Assembly: GCF_009834535.1 (NCBI RefSeq) | Contig: NC_045697.1 | Span: 11,534,001 to 11,598,000, forward strand | Source of the DNA: Camelus ferus | Lineage: Eukaryota | Reading direction: 5' to 3' | DNA length: 64,000 nucleotides | Shown here: positions 49,824-63,299 of the stretch, one piece after another | Position numbering within the stretch: position 1 is the first letter of the stretch | Layout: each line of letters starts with the position of its first letter | Position numbers and translations under genes: made by a program | Notes under the pieces: model-generated | Databases searched by the model: none | The model's input: the letters and a program-made list of their open reading frames with translations, nothing else | Told to the model about the DNA's origin: nothing

Positions 49824-50213
49824 TGTGTGAGTTGAATAGTGGTCTCTCAAAAGATATGTTCACACTGACCCTGTGTATGTGAATTTATTTGAAAAAAGAG
49901 ACTTTGCAGAGGTAGTTAAGCTAAGGATTTTGACATGAGATCATCCTGGATTAGGGCAGGTGCTGAATCCAAAGACAAATGTTTTTTAAGAGAAAAGAGA
50001 GAGAAGACACAGCAGCAGAGAACCCGCAGAGCAGAGCAGAAGCCACATGAAGCCAGAGGCAGAGACTGGAGTTTTGCAGCTACAAGTCAAGGGATGCCTG
50101 GAGCCACCAGAAGCTGGGAGAGGAAAGGAAGGATTAATTTAAGGCAATATATTTCTGTTGTTTTAACCTCTAAATTTCTGGTAAATGAAACAGCAACCGT
50201 ATGAAACTATATA
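49824..50213 (+). mobile_element. MaLR LTR, MLT1C/D-like
   Basis: TTGAATAGTGGTCTCTCAAAAGATATGTTCA...GATGCCTGGAGCCACCAGAAGCTGG. Confidence 0.85.
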
Positions 50214-50409
50214 GGACCCTACAAAAGAGTCCTGTTCTGAGCCCTTCTCTTAGTCACTGAGAAACACTCTTCAGAGGAGAGTGTCACAAGACTGGCAGTC
50301 CACCTACTGAGATCCCATCCCATTCATTAAACAAATATGTACCGAGCACCTACAGTATAGCAGGCCCTCGTCTTTGCCCTTAGTCTTTGCCCTTAAGATT
50401 TTCACCATC

Positions 50410-50790
50410 TGTATTAGCTTGCTAAGGCTGCTGTAACAAAATATCACAGACTTAGTGGCTTAAAGAACAGAAATGTGTTTTCTCACAGTTCTGGAGGCTA
50501 GAAGTCCAAGACCAAAGTGCCAGCATGGTTGGTGTCTGACGAGGCTTCTCTCCCTAGGTTGTAGACAATCACATTCTCTCTGTGTCTTCACATGACCCTT
50601 CCTGAGTACGTGCTCACCGTGCCTCTTCCTTTTCTTATAAGGACATCAGTCCTTTAGGGTTAGGGCCCCACCCTTATGACCTCAGTCTAACCTTAATTAC
50701 TTCCTTAAAATTCTCTCTCCAAATGCAGTCAGACTAGGGATTAGGCCTTCAATACATGAGTTTTGGGGAGGACACAATATTGTCCAGACA
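50410..50790 (-). mobile_element. MaLR solo LTR, MLT1B-like, with 5-bp TSD, inserted in an L2 (~50320-51080)
   Basis: TGTATTAG...CCAGACA ends; TSD CCATC at 50405-50409 and 50791-50795. Confidence 0.92.
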
Positions 50791-52069
50791 CCATCAAAGT
50801 GATAAATGTGTGCAGAAAATTGCATATGGTGGAATAAATAAAAGACCTTCTGTATCTCTAGGAGGGGAGCTTCTAATCTGTCCAGGTGGATCTTAAAAGA
50901 AGAGAGGGAGTTATTCAAGTGGATGAGATGAAGCAGGGAAAACCAGGCAGAGAGAAAAGTCTTTTTAGAACAGGAACGTGAAACAGGATGGTCTACAGGG
51001 CAGGGAGCTGAGATAGAGATATGGGTCGGGGTGTCATGGAAGTAGACTTGGGAGGCCAGCTGTGACCTCATGGGAACCCTCTCCCTCCTCTCACCTCCGT
51101 CATAGCCTTGTCTCTCATGCTACAGCCATCATACGCTCCCTCCTCACTCCAGTCAAAAGATTAAAGTCCTGGGTCTCAGTCCTAGAAGCATTTAAAATAC
51201 AGTACTAGCCCCTTATCTTGTGTATAGCACTTTATAGTTTACCTTTACCACGTCATTTGACCCTTTAAACTGGCCAGTGGAGGAGAACAAATATAAATTA
51301 TATCTGTGTATATGATGAAACCAAGATTCTAATTAACAATAAGAGCAATAGTAACTGACTTGCCCAAGGTGGAGGGCTGTGTGAGGGTTAGTTTAGGGCT
51401 GGAATCCAGACTGTCTGCATGCCGACCTAGCTTCTCTCTTTTACATTACCTGCATTTTTCTCTGCTGTTTTCCTCATGTGTCATATTTCTCCAGTAATAC
51501 ATCTACATTTTGACAGAGTTTTCTGGAAATGATGTGTTAACCAATAGAAAAAAAACTCTCCAAATGGGAATGTCGGGCCTGGCAAGATGTTTTTTTGGCT
51601 AGGCAGGCCTGTCAAAGTCCATCGAATCACACATCTGCCTCACAAAGAGCCAACCCAGAGCAAAACCCATGGGTATACTTTGCCGAAAAGAGCGAATTAA
51701 AGCACTTCCAAGTCAGGAAATGCCAAGCTAGGCTTTTCTGTGGTGTTAACTTACCGGCCCAAAGTAGACCAAACAGTAATTTACCTACAGCCCGGCCTGT
51801 TACCCACAATCCTTCACTGGACCTTTGTCAGTGTTGCCAAGGCAACAACTCTCAGCACTTTGGTAATTTTTAGTTTCAATCACATATTGACTTGGCTGAA
51901 AGTCTGATGCAGCAAAACCTTAACTCACTGAAACGCATGAGGAATAAGTTCTTTCAGTTTCCAACAAATCTGACACTTGAGTCCTTTGAAAAACGTTGCC
52001 ATTTTGGATGGGAATTTCTGTAAAATTCTTTTCTTGTTTCTGTGTTTTCCTCATGTAATCAGTGGAGCC

Positions 52070-52590
52070 TAATTTAATTGAAGCTTTTCTGGGTGACTCA
52101 GGTGCCAGAGTGACCTTTCCAGAAAACAAATCTGACTCCAAGATAAAATCTAAACTCTTCTGGTTTGGGAGCGTGTCTTCCCTGCTCCCTCTAATCTGCC
52201 TTTCCCATCTTGTTTTCTCTTTTCCTCCATACACTGTATATTCCAGGACCAGGGAAGTCATCATTATTTTCAGAACATTCTTAGGACACACCCAGTTCTT
52301 TCTTACCACTGGGTATCTATACACAGGGTGGTCCTTCTGAGCCCTTCATCCTCTTCTCTGCTTAGAAAATTCTTATTCAGCCTTGAATCTCAAGCGAATC
52401 TACCACCTCCTACATGAATCCTACCCCCAAATCTCTCAAACCATTCTCCTGACCTTCATCCCAGAGGACTTTGTACATACTCCTTTATTATAAGTATTTA
52501 CGCACCTGCCTCCCTCACTGCATCTTTGTGCTATAATGCCTAGTCAGCATAGCCTTGGTCTAATGTAGGTGTTAAATGCATAGTTACCCT
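52070..52590 (+). mobile_element. L2 fragment
   Basis: GCCAGAGTGACCTTTCCAGAAAACAAATCTGA...TTCTTATTCAGCCTT. Confidence 0.65.
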
Positions 52591-53471
52591 GATCACCAAA
52601 TAAATAAGTACTAAACTCTTATCTATAAATACTATTACATGGTGTTTACTGAATGCCATGTATTTCTCCCTTAATTCTTAGAACAACCCCGGTAAGTTCA
52701 GAGCCCGAGAGCAAACTCAGCTCTGCTATCTCCAAAATCCAGGTATCTCCTTTATACTACATGGAACGGCACATTCTGAGCAAATCAGCATTCACAACTG
52801 AGAGCAAACTGGTTGTTAATAAATTGGAGAATGATTTGTGGCATGGATGCTGTGCTGCTGTTGGACAGCAAAGGGTCAGGGTGGGTTGGATGAGACCAGG
52901 TCCAAGGGTTTGGGAAGGTAGGAATGTGTGAGCAGGAATCAGAGGTCAGAAAGGCAATGTGGAGGGTCGAAGGAGGGAGCTGCAGCTGGAAGAGGCAAAC
53001 AAGTCTTTAAAATCTAGCATCTAGAGCAGGAATCCAGTATCAGATGTTTACAGGGCTAGGAAAGCAACACAGGTGATTAAAGCAAAACTGACCACTTCCA
53101 CCAAGAGGTCATTTTTTCATTTCTACTAATTCACTGGCCCTCTGGGTCTAACATTGATTTGACTACTTTTGATAGCAACCTATGTGCAAGAAGTATTTTA
53201 TACCCACCTTACCTCCACTACAAGGAGAGCAATAACGTGTGCCTGATGACAAGTGGCAGCTGATACGGGACCCACATGTGGAGATGATCAGAGCTCAGGA
53301 CCAGAGGAAACACTGGCAGGGTAGATTCCAGGAGGGAGGTGAAGCCCAGTATTTCCAAAGAATGTAATTTTTAAGGGAAGCTAGAAATTTATATTATTAT
53401 GTAAATCATCTAATTTTGAAAAATCAGAGCTTTACGCAAAATGTCCAAAGGATTCTGTGGGGCCCAGTTTA

Positions 53472-53647
53472 ACCTCAGACTTGACTGACCTAAGCATCAA
53501 CTGGAGAGCTTGTTAAAGCAGACTCTAAGGCTTCACGCAGAGTTTCTGATTCAGTGGGTGTCAGAGGGATCTAAGAATGTGCATTTTTCACAAGTTCCCA
53601 GGTGAACTGATGCTGCGCGCCCAGGGACCACGTTTAGGACAGCATTG
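53472..53647. mobile_element. MER5A hAT MITE, next to a MER102-like Charlie fragment (~53035-53470)
   Basis: GAGAGCTTGTTAAAGCAGA...CAGAGTTTCTGATTCAGTGGGT...AAGTTCCCAGGTGA...CAGGGACCAC. Confidence 0.8.
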
Positions 53648-53959
53648 GGCTGGACACAAACAGTCCCAACTCCAGCATCCAACAGCTTATTTGGCATGTC
53701 TGGCCTAGAGATTTAGAGGAAGGAACTGGGAGAAAGAGACAACCAAGCAAACCTGGTTCCAGGACAGAAGCCGTTGTCTTATATACCTTTCAGTGCTTCT
53801 CTTAGAGAAGGTGCTCCAAAATAAGACAGGGGTTATATACCAGACCTCCAGAAGAGCTCCCACACTGTGACCTGAGACTAGGAAGAATTCAAGAAGACAA
53901 GAGATGTGTGTAGAATGTACTGGAAATCAGAGAGCCACAAACAAATGGGATGGACAAGG

Positions 53960-54230
53960 AGAAAGCTAAGGAACTGACATAATTTGGCTCAGAGAAGTTA
54001 AGTCCAAGAGGTAACTCACTAACAGTTTTCCAGCAGAAGCGGGGACTTTGGAAGAAAATGGTAAACAGCTGTTCTCCATTTCCACTGAGCTGCCCTTCCA
54101 GAACAGGATGGGCTCAAGTAGAGAAAGAACTCTGGTATCCGATGGCTGCAAAGGAGAAGCGTGGATTGCCATAGGGCCCTCCTGGATTCCTACCATTCAG
54201 ATCTTCAAAATCAGATGAATGATTGACTTA
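53960..54230 (+). mobile_element. CR1/L3 fragment
   Basis: AAGGAACTG...CAGAGAAG...CAGCTGTTCTCCATTTCCACTGAG...AGATCTTCAAAA. Confidence 0.5.
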
Positions 54231-54234
54231 GCAC

Positions 54235-55190
54235 CAGTGTTGCTCAAAGCACAGGACTCAGGTCACTGCTGGTGGAGATGTTTGGGTGCTGCAGAGACAC
54301 AGAGTTAAGTGACTCTGGGTCACAAAGGGGAAGAGGTCTTCCCTTTTCAATTCCCTTTCGTCACTTGATCTTGTCAAGGAGAAAGTCTCCCTGTGGCGCT
54401 GTCTTTCCCAACCTTCTAACACTTGTCAATATCCCTTTTTAAGAGACATTAGGCTTCAGTGGCAAAGTGTTACTCAGGCAACAGTGTAACCAAGCTGGAC
54501 CCTGTGGCAGCTTCCCAAGACAGACCCTTCGCCCATATTCTCTGCTGAAGCTCCTCTCTGAAGCACCCATAAAATACTATCTCATGTATGTTTCTTGAGT
54601 TTTTCAGATGCTAAAAACCACCCCTAAAGGGAAGAAATTAACTACTTGATGATCTAAAGCTTGTGGCCCCCAAACCTTCTGGTGCCTAGGGGTTTATAGT
54701 GTTGACTGCCTGTTCCCTCAACATCAACCAGTCAGAGAATTTGCATGAACTGATCACGTACCCTGCGACCCACCTCTACATAGACTTTAAATATGCTTTG
54801 CTAAAACCCTCCCGGGTTTTGCCATTTTCTTTGGCATGAGACACCCAGTCCCTCTCGTTCAGTCCTGCAATAAACCTCTCTCTGCTCCAAACTCCGACAT
54901 TTTGGTTTCTTTGGCCTCCCAATGCATCTGGCATATGAACTTGTATTCGGTAACTTGCAAATGTGAGGGTTAATTGTCATTTTTTGTTTCATGGTATTTT
55001 TTGTTTATTTCCTCTATGGCAAGTAATGCTAGCTTCCCCTTTAAGGTAGCAATAGAAAGTTTCCCTTTACATAATAACTTTAGGAAGGCAATGTCCATTA
55101 AATTATAGTGATCTATCAAGCCAAGGATCCTGATGGATGATGGCCAAAATTCTACAATTAGTACATGGAAGGATGATTTGGAAATACTGA
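54235..55190 (-). mobile_element. MER113-like hAT-Charlie transposon split by an ERV1 LTR
   Basis: CAGTGTTGCTCAAAG terminus; CCCTTTTCAATTC...GTCAAGGAGAAAGTCTC...TCTAACACTTG; resumes TATGGCAAGTAATGCTAG...TTTGGAAATACTG. Confidence 0.7.
54485..54955 (+). mobile_element. ERV1 solo LTR, MER41-like (artiodactyl type)
   Basis: TGTAACCAAGCTGGACCCTGTGG start; CATCAACCAGTCAGAGAATTTGCATGAACTGATCAC; AATAAA at 54869-54874; ends GAACTTGTATTCGGTAAC. Confidence 0.75.
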
Positions 55191-56996
55191 TAAAATCTAA
55201 GCTTCTCCTTTATGAACGAGAAAACTGAAGCTCAGAAAGTGAAAGGGCATTCTCAGTTTCACTTAAAATTTAACAGTAGAGCTGGACTTAGAGATGGGCT
55301 TGGTCAGGATGGAGGAATGGGAGGTAAGGGATTGCATCACATGCATCTAAAGCATCTTTTTGTCCAGAATAGTGCCTGGGCCACCCCAGCTTGTAGCACA
55401 GGTAGCCCTGGATAAAATAGGCTGTTTTCACCCCAGCACTCTGCCTGTCTCTCCCTACGACTCGACAAATGAGAGCCTCTCTGTCCCATCTGTAAAGTGA
55501 GCATCTAATTCAGGATACTACCTGAGCACATCTCATTAAACTCGAAAAAGTCTCAAATATAAAGAAGATAGAAACCCACATCCTACAGCTACTGCTCACA
55601 GTCCCCTAATATTAATAATTTAGTGACTGAAAAGCAATATCAATTTTCTCATTGATCTCTCCTATCTTAAATAAAAAGAAAATAATTAAACATAGCTTGT
55701 AAACATTTTATTTTATTTTTCCTGAATTGACCCTCACGTAAACGATCATTCAGCAATGGTCTAAATTATATATTTTTATAGAACTGTAGCCTTATTTCTT
55801 TCAAGCATATTAAAGCTTTCCTTATTGAAAAGCAAGAATTCTTCACAATTAGCACACCCAAACACCAGCTTTGGAGGAGACATCCTCTGATTACGCTGTT
55901 TGGAGGCAAATAGGTGTTTCTAAGGATTTAGAGTAGATTATGTTCTTTAGGAGATGTTCAATCTCCTAGAAATTGGATCCAAACCACTTTATGATTTATT
56001 AATCCCATCTTTCAGATATTACTAAAGGATGAACTTCAACCCAGGCTTTGTCTAAATAATAACAGATTCCTAATAAATATGACAAAATTAACACTTTTTT
56101 GCAATAAATATATTCAGTGAGATTCAGTCAATGTAAACGCAATTTTAAAAAATGAGATTATTAGCAAACCCTCAAGTTTGGTTCAATAAAGAACCAAAAA
56201 AAAAAAAAATGCATTTGCAATCAGCCTGTCAGAGAGATTACAGAAATGAGTGATTTCTAACCTCCTGTAACTCAAACCTGTAACATCCATCGTATTGCAC
56301 AAATAGATCATTCAGAAATGTAAAGGTTACTTCCAGAAATAATAGTTGTATAAGGGTGTTCCATTCCCCAGTAAATTAAAGACGCAGCCTCACTCCTACT
56401 TGCCTTGCTGAACGAACACTGGAGGAGCCTGTTAATAGCATCGTTAGTTTCAAGGAGGCTGCTTACTTGGAATTTGGATCTTAATGTACAGAAATAGATA
56501 CTCATCTACTCTCCCACGGATGCAACAATCTTAATGGAATAATCTTTTCAAAATGAAAACTTTGCCCTAATGAAAGTCCCCTTTTTCCGCAGACATAAGA
56601 AAGTGAGGCAACAAAGACAAGACTCTTCATTTACATGAATGATCTCCCGGCCTTACCAGAAATGTATATCTAAGCCTCACAATTACTTGTTGGAAAATTT
56701 AAACTACCTGCAGAATACATTTAACTGTAGATAATACAAACCAATAGACATTTAAAATTTTTTCTTTCTGAGAATAAACTTATAAATATTTATTTGAAAA
56801 GATCAACAGGGTAAGTTTTCTGCCATCTAAGTAAGTTTAATACCCCCATGTAAAGTAGATGAAGTTAAAGAGAGTCAGTATCTTTAAACCTGTAATCTAT
56901 TAGGATTGTTAGCTAAATTTTAGAATAGCAGACCTTGTTTTCATGTCCCAGGACCCATTTTTATAGTAAATTCATCTGCCCTTGGGAACAGCATGA

Positions 56997-57020
56997 GTGT
57001 GTGTGTGTGTGTGTGTGTGT
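56997..57020. repeat. (GT)12 microsatellite
   Basis: Read directly. Confidence 0.95.
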
Positions 57021-57184
57021 TGAAAGGGTGGCTCTCTTCAGGTAGCTGAAGGACATTTTAGGAAAGAAAGATGAGATTAATTCCTTGTGGAATAAATTTG
57101 CAATGTGAATCCTGCCCCCCAGAATGGTGTAATATGCAGCTTGTTCAGCTGAATGTCCAAGAAAGGGACAGGAATGCTTTAAGT

Positions 57185-57665
57185 CTTGATGCTTCAAAGA
57201 TGGACATTGACCACCCCTCCCTGCCTCCATGCACCTTTGCAATGAGACTTTGTAGATTTTCCCACCAAGAGGAGGGGGTCTGTTTCCTGAGTCTTTGAAC
57301 CTGGGCTGACCACGTGATTTGCTTTTCACCCGTAGACTGTCTCAGGGTGACATCATGCCAATTCCAAGTCTAAGCCTCAAAAGCCCCTATACACTTCCGC
57401 TCTTGACATGAGCAAGCTCAAACAGCCTGCTGGAGGATGAGGGACTACAGTCTGGACAGCCAAGTCATTTCAGCAGAGGCCATTCTAGACCAGCCGGACC
57501 TTGGCTCATCTTCCAGCTGGCCACAGTTACGTGAGTGAGCCCAGCCAAGATGAGCATGTCCTGGCCTGGTTCAGCAGAACCACCCACTGATTCATGAGCA
57601 ATAGCTAATGTTGTCTTAAGCCAGTAAGATCTGAGGTGGTTGTTTATGCAGCAAAATCCGTTACT
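57185..57665 (+). mobile_element. MaLR LTR, MLT1H-like
   Basis: TTCAAAGATGG...GTGAGTGAGCCCAGCCAAGAT...TTAAGCCAGTAAG...GGTGGTTGTTTATGCAGCAA. Confidence 0.8.
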
Positions 57666-58849
57666 GCCATGATGAATTCTAAGCTATGAAGAACATTGGT
57701 GTTTGTGTTTTACATCAGGCAGATGGACAGATTTGGGGGACTAGAACTTCAGAAGTGACAGGTGTATTTCTGAAAGGATACAGTGTAGCCTTGAGTAAAT
57801 AGAGATGTTTCCTTTCGAAAAACCATATGGCTTGTGCTGGTAGCTGGGCCAGGGAGCTACAGGAAAGAGACTTTACTCCAGTGTGGTCCAGAAGTACTAT
57901 CAGGACAGGGAGGGTCCTGTGCTTATGGTACAGAAAGGAGACAAAACTGCAGAGAGTGGGTACAGACAGCAGGCTCTCTTTGCTTTGGAGTCACAGTTGG
58001 GTGGATATCCTCTGTAGGCTGTTCAGTCTCCCAACATTCTCAGAAAGGTAATGAGGGCGCCCAATTCTCCAAGGGAGCCCATCGTTCTTCTTGTCAATCA
58101 GATGGATGGGACTCAAGCATGTATTAAAGCGATCTGGATTAATAAAAATGCCCATATGCCAAATACTGTAGAGAAGTTCTTACCTGTTACACCAAAATAA
58201 AGGCTCCCTCTTTGTCTCATTTAATTAACACTGTTGGTCTTGAATCTATTTGGAGTGGCATTAATATTGTTACTCTGCCTTTCTTTTGCTAGCACTGGTC
58301 TGATATAAATTCATTAATCTTGTTCTTAAAAGCATGTAAATCAATGTGTATTTTAAAGTACATGATAACCAGGCACCACCGATAGAGATTTCCTTCATCC
58401 AGAGTGGGGCTGGCATTTCAGCACTAAATGTTCCATGTGATGCTAATGTACATCCAGGGCTGAGAACTGAGAACTGCTGATCAAGAACTCTCCCATAACC
58501 TTCCCAATGGGCACAATCTTTGGTGTAGATTTATTTCTCCTCTGCACCACTATGTCCCCCAGGTTTTGTTAAAAACACCTGGAAGTTTACTTCTTTCAGA
58601 TTTCCCCTTTTTGGTTTTTGTTTTTTACACTATACTTCTTATGTTCTGGGAATTCTTTCCATTTAATTTCAGTCTCATTAATAACAATGATTTAGGCATC
58701 ATTATGAGCTCATCTGGTTCCTGTGCTCATCAGCACGTCTTGTATTTGACCTCCCTTCTAGGGAGTTTACATGCCAATCAGGAAGCTTTCAGACACAAGA
58801 CACAGACCACCCCCTACCTCCCCACCCCAGCAGTGGTTTGCAGAATGGG

Positions 58850-59300
58850 GGCATTTTGTATCTCCTAACTAGAAGCCTGGACATAGGCCCTTCCAGGGTT
58901 GGTTAATTTAGCAGCTCCACCATGTTATCAAGGTGCCAAATGTCCTCCATCATTCTGCTCTGCCAAGCTCAGCAGATCCTTTATGGTTTTAAAACAGTGA
59001 TAGCATTTCCTAGCGTTCCTTTCAGAGAAACAGCATCTGGGAGGGAAAAGACATTTCCTCCCATAGGGCTTAAGGAAAACCTTTTCCAGAAGCACCCTAG
59101 CATGATTCCTCTCTCTCATCACTGGCAAGGAGAACGAGACCATTCTAGTTGGCTTAACCTAACCATGATCCAACCCTTGTGGCTGGAGAGGGACTCACCT
59201 CCTCTGTACATATGCCTGCCTGGTACCCAGATAAAAGTCTGAATTCTGTTAGCAAGACAGAGTAGGGAAATGGCTGTTAACTTAATGGTGTTTGCACTAA
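58850..59300 (-). mobile_element. MaLR LTR, MLT1K/L-like
   Basis: CTTCCAGGGTTGGTTAATTTAGCAGCTC...CTTTTCCAGAAGCACCC...CTGGCAAGGAGAA. Confidence 0.6.
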
Positions 59301-59499
59301 TACATTTAATTTTTTTCATTTGTTGTGTTGTATTTCATCAAAAAAAAAAAAAAGATGCCCAGATGATAAACTTACTAGGATTTTTTATTTTAGAAAATAT
59401 CTTTATCCTCAAAGTTGAATCTTTGGATAGATATGTCATTCTAAGTTATAAATAGTTTCTCACAATATTTTTAAATCATTGATCTAATTTAGTTAGCAT

Positions 59500-60860
59500 C
59501 TTTAAAATGAGAGGTCTACCTGAAAACAAAAGTATATATGGAATAAAAACATCACAGGAAATGTAATAGATAAATGACTGAGTGCAGAAGAAAGTTGCAA
59601 ATATCAGAGACAAGAGAGCTTTTAAAAACAGAGGGGAAGATAACAGTGCATATTGTAGTATCTCAGTATCGTTTCCCACTAATAAGAACCACGGATGCCT
59701 GGAGAAGTAGCTCACTCCTGGTCTGGGACAGAAATGTGTAGGATCAGCCTGAAACATTTTGTCAAATGAGAAAGCAATTAGGACATTAAAGACTGCTAAG
59801 GTCATATTGAAAGGATTTTAAGAGGTTCTTACTGGCCATATATGGAATAATTTGAACATGATCAAGTCTGCTAAATGCAATGGATTGAAACACATCAATA
59901 TGTTAAAGTCTACCAATTCACAATGATGCTTAAAAATAAACAAAAATAAATTAACAAAAATACTTCGGTTAATCATTAGAAGTAGCTAGGGCACAGGTCA
60001 TCTACTCTAAAAGTTAATAGTTAAAAAGAAAAAGCATTTATTTTGTCTTTTTTAGTACAAACTACACCTCAGGGTGACCCAAGGGTTGATGAGAGGAAGC
60101 TTCTACTTATAGAAATATTTCAGATAGTAAAGAAAGAATAACTGAGTTGGAGCATCACCGTTTTACAACCCTAAGGAAGTCATGATCTTAACATTGACCA
60201 TCAACAGCTGACTCACATCACAAAATGAGAACCAGATATTCGCATCTCTTGGTAAAAAGACACAATGCCATCTGTGAACTATTCCTGCCAAAAGTTTGTA
60301 CCTGAATTTGATCAAGCTTCTAAAAAAATCACACTGCCAATTTATAGGAAACACAGGGAACAAGGTAAATGATATCACAGGACTATAATCAGCAAAACAC
60401 TTGCAGTGGGAAGCTGCACAGAACAAACAATCTAGTTTTTTCAACAAATAAATTGCAATGAATAAAAGAAGGGGTAGATTAAGACTGAGGAGATATCAAG
60501 CAAACTGCAAAATATAGACTTTTTGATTCTCAAACAAATGAACTATAAAATACATTATGAGACAACCAGGGAAATTTAAACAATGATTGGATATTTAATG
60601 ATATTAAGAAATTGTTTGTTTCTAAAGGTAGGAATGTTTCTTTTTAAATGCATCCTTATCTTTTCAAGATGTATGATGAAATATTTACAAGTGAGATGAT
60701 ACGATGCCTGAGATTTGTTTCAGAATAAGCTGATGAGAAGAGAGGAAGAGTTAGATGAAGCAAGGTTGGCCATGATCATTTAAACTGGATGATGAGTGTT
60801 TGACAATTAGTAATACTCTTCTGTCAACTTTTATACATGCCTGAAGTCCCCCATAAAGAG
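59500..60860 (+). mobile_element. L1MC3/L1MC4-type 3'UTR fragment
   Basis: CTGGTCTGGGACAGAAATGTGTAGGATCAGCCTGAAACATTTTGTCA; TGGATATTTAATGATATTAAGAAATT; GATGCCTGAGATTTGTTTCAGAATAA. Confidence 0.78.
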
Positions 60861-60930
60861 TTTGTAGTTTGTTTTTTTTTCTTAATAACAAGTCTAACTC
60901 CCATTGAATTCTAATTTCTTAGCAAGCAAC

Positions 60931-61390
60931 TGTGATGATTGATTGTATGTGTCAACTTGCTGGCCTAGGGTGTCCAGGTATTTGGTCAAACATTATTCTA
61001 GATGCTTGTGTGAAGGTACTTTTTAGATGACATTATCATTTAAATCAAACTTTGAGTAAAGCAGATTGCCCTCCCTGAGGTGGATGGACTTCATCCGGTC
61101 AGCTCAGGGCTTGAATAGAACAAAGACTGACTTCCCTCAAACAAGAAGGAATTCTATTAGCAGATGGCCTCTGGACTGAAACTGCAACTCATCCCTGGGT
61201 TTCCATCCTGCCAGCCTGCCCCGAAGATCTGGTGCCTGCCAACCCTTCAAATCAGTCAAGCAGCCAATCAATTGATGCTTTGAAAACAAACAAACAAAGT
61301 GAACAAATGAACGAATGAAAGAACCAACAAAAGAACAAACACAAACACATCCTGTCGGTTCTGTGGCTCTGGAGAATCCTGATTAATACA
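60931..61390 (+). mobile_element. ERVL solo LTR, MLT2B-like
   Basis: TGTGATG...TATGTGTCAACTTG...TTTGGTCAAACATTATTCTAGATG...CTCTGGAGAATCCTGATTAATACA. Confidence 0.9.
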
Positions 61391-61814
61391 ACAATCTTTT
61401 TTTTTTTTTTTCTGGAAACTAATAACTCCTTTTCTTCCTTCTTGGCACTTCAAATTCACCACGGTTAGTTTATGGCCAGTGACATTCTCAAAGGAGGACC
61501 TTTCTTTCAAAACTGGATGTCTCCAGCCCAGGGATGTCTTCCTCTGTGACTGCCTTGCTCTGCCTCCCCTCCCCTCCTGTTGAATCACTCTTGGCTGGGC
61601 TGACTCTATTCTCTTGTTCTTAACTTCAATCTTAAATTTTTTTACATCACTGTCTTCCTCCATTCATTCTGGAAGAATTCTTTCACTCAGTCTTTTATGG
61701 TCTTCAGCCATGTATGTGATCATTTTATCACTAGGCGTATCCATGGAATTTTTGTTTCAGCAATCCTATCTTGAAATTCTAGGAACTATTTCAAATTCAT
61801 TCTCTGCCACATAC

Positions 61815-61975
61815 AGGGGTTGTAACCCCTGTGACCCTGGACAAGTTATTTAACCTCTCTGTGCCTTAGTTTTCTTTTCTGTAAAATCTAGCTTGTAATT
61901 TTACCTTGTCCAAAGGATTTGGGGAGGATTAAATAAGACAAGGGAAAGACTTAAATTGAAATGCTCAATAATTAT
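61815..61975 (+). mobile_element. MIR inside an old antisense L1/HAL1 ORF1 fragment (~61400-62180)
   Basis: TGTGACCCTGGACAAGTTATTTAACCTCTCTGTGCCTTAGTTT. Confidence 0.75.
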
Positions 61976-62429
61976 TGGCTTTCAGAGGATCTTCTTTTTA
62001 TTTTTTACATGTGAAATGATCTCAAATCTCTTTGAAAATATTAATTGGAATTTTCAAAATTTTATGTTTTATCACTCATTAACTATTTTCTTGGAATTTT
62101 CTATTTTTTCAGATTGATTTGCTATTTTATGTTATTTAATTTCTTCAGATGGTTGGTGATTCTTGATTTCCTGTTTATACTTAGAAAGAAGATCTAAAAC
62201 ACTTTATGACTACATTGGTATAAAATGAATGTAATCCAGACTTGATTATACTTACTTTTTAAGTTCTAATTTTAAAAGAAATTAGAACATTTTGTTGGCA
62301 TTCTAGAAATATCATGGGCCCCAGTCACTATGCCTGTTGTACCTAGTGGAGGAGTTGGGCCCAGGTAGTAGGAAAAAAATTATTCTCAGCACATTTCTAT
62401 TCTAATTACATCAGGGTCCAAGAATATAC

Positions 62430-63200
62430 TATGCATGATTCAAATTCTTTTAACACTTATGATCAATCTTGAGGAATATTTTATGTGCAATTGGAAAGAA
62501 GCATGTATACTGCTATTGTTGGGTGAAGAGTTTTATAAATGTCAATTAGATCCAATTGGTCGATGATGGTGTTCAGTTCTATATACATGAAATTTTTCTC
62601 TCTATGTATTCTATCAACTCCAGAGAAAGGAGTTTTTAAGTCTCCAACTATAATTATAGAAGTGTCTATTTCTCCTTTCAGTTTTGATGGTTGTTGCTTT
62701 GCATATTGTGAAATTCTAACTTTGATGTCTACGTATTTGGGATTGCTATGTCTTCTTGGCAAATTGACACTTTTGTTATTATGTAATATTCTTCTTTATC
62801 CCTGATAATTTTCTTTGCTTTGAAGTCTTTGTCTGATATAAATGTAGTCACACCAGCTTTGGGGGTTTTTTAGTGTTGGCATGATATATATTTCTCTATC
62901 TTTGTACTCTTAGCATACCTATATCATGATATTTAAAGTGAGTTTCTTGTAGACACCATATAGTTAAACATTGCTTTTGAATCTATTCTAACAATCTTTG
63001 TCTTTAAGTTGTATGTTTAGACCATTTACAATTAATATAAGTATTTATGTATTTGGATTTAATATTTCCATTTTATTGTTTGTTTCCTTTCTTTTTCTTT
63101 TTCTGTATTTTCCACTTCCTGCTCTTTTTTATGTTATATGAACATTTTTTAGTATTCTATTTTAATTTATACATTGTGTTTTCAGATATCTCTTTGATAT
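62430..63200 (-). mobile_element. Old L1 fragment covering the ORF2 endonuclease region
   Basis: Minus-strand ORF 62481-62762 reads LKGEIDTSIIIVGDLKTPFS...QLDLIDIYKTLHP, the L1 endonuclease. Confidence 0.88.
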
Positions 63201-63299
63201 GATATAGTCTCTAAACCATTTCCAGGATCTACCAGACCTTCATACACAGATGCATAAATCTATCATGCTTAGGGAGTGTTAGAGCATTTGAGGATAAGG

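Noticed and set aside
50370..50395. 13-bp tandem duplication GTCTTTGCCCTTA x2, with similar small duplications at ~7310, ~16832 and ~29527
   Set aside because: Ordinary slippage duplications with no further structure.
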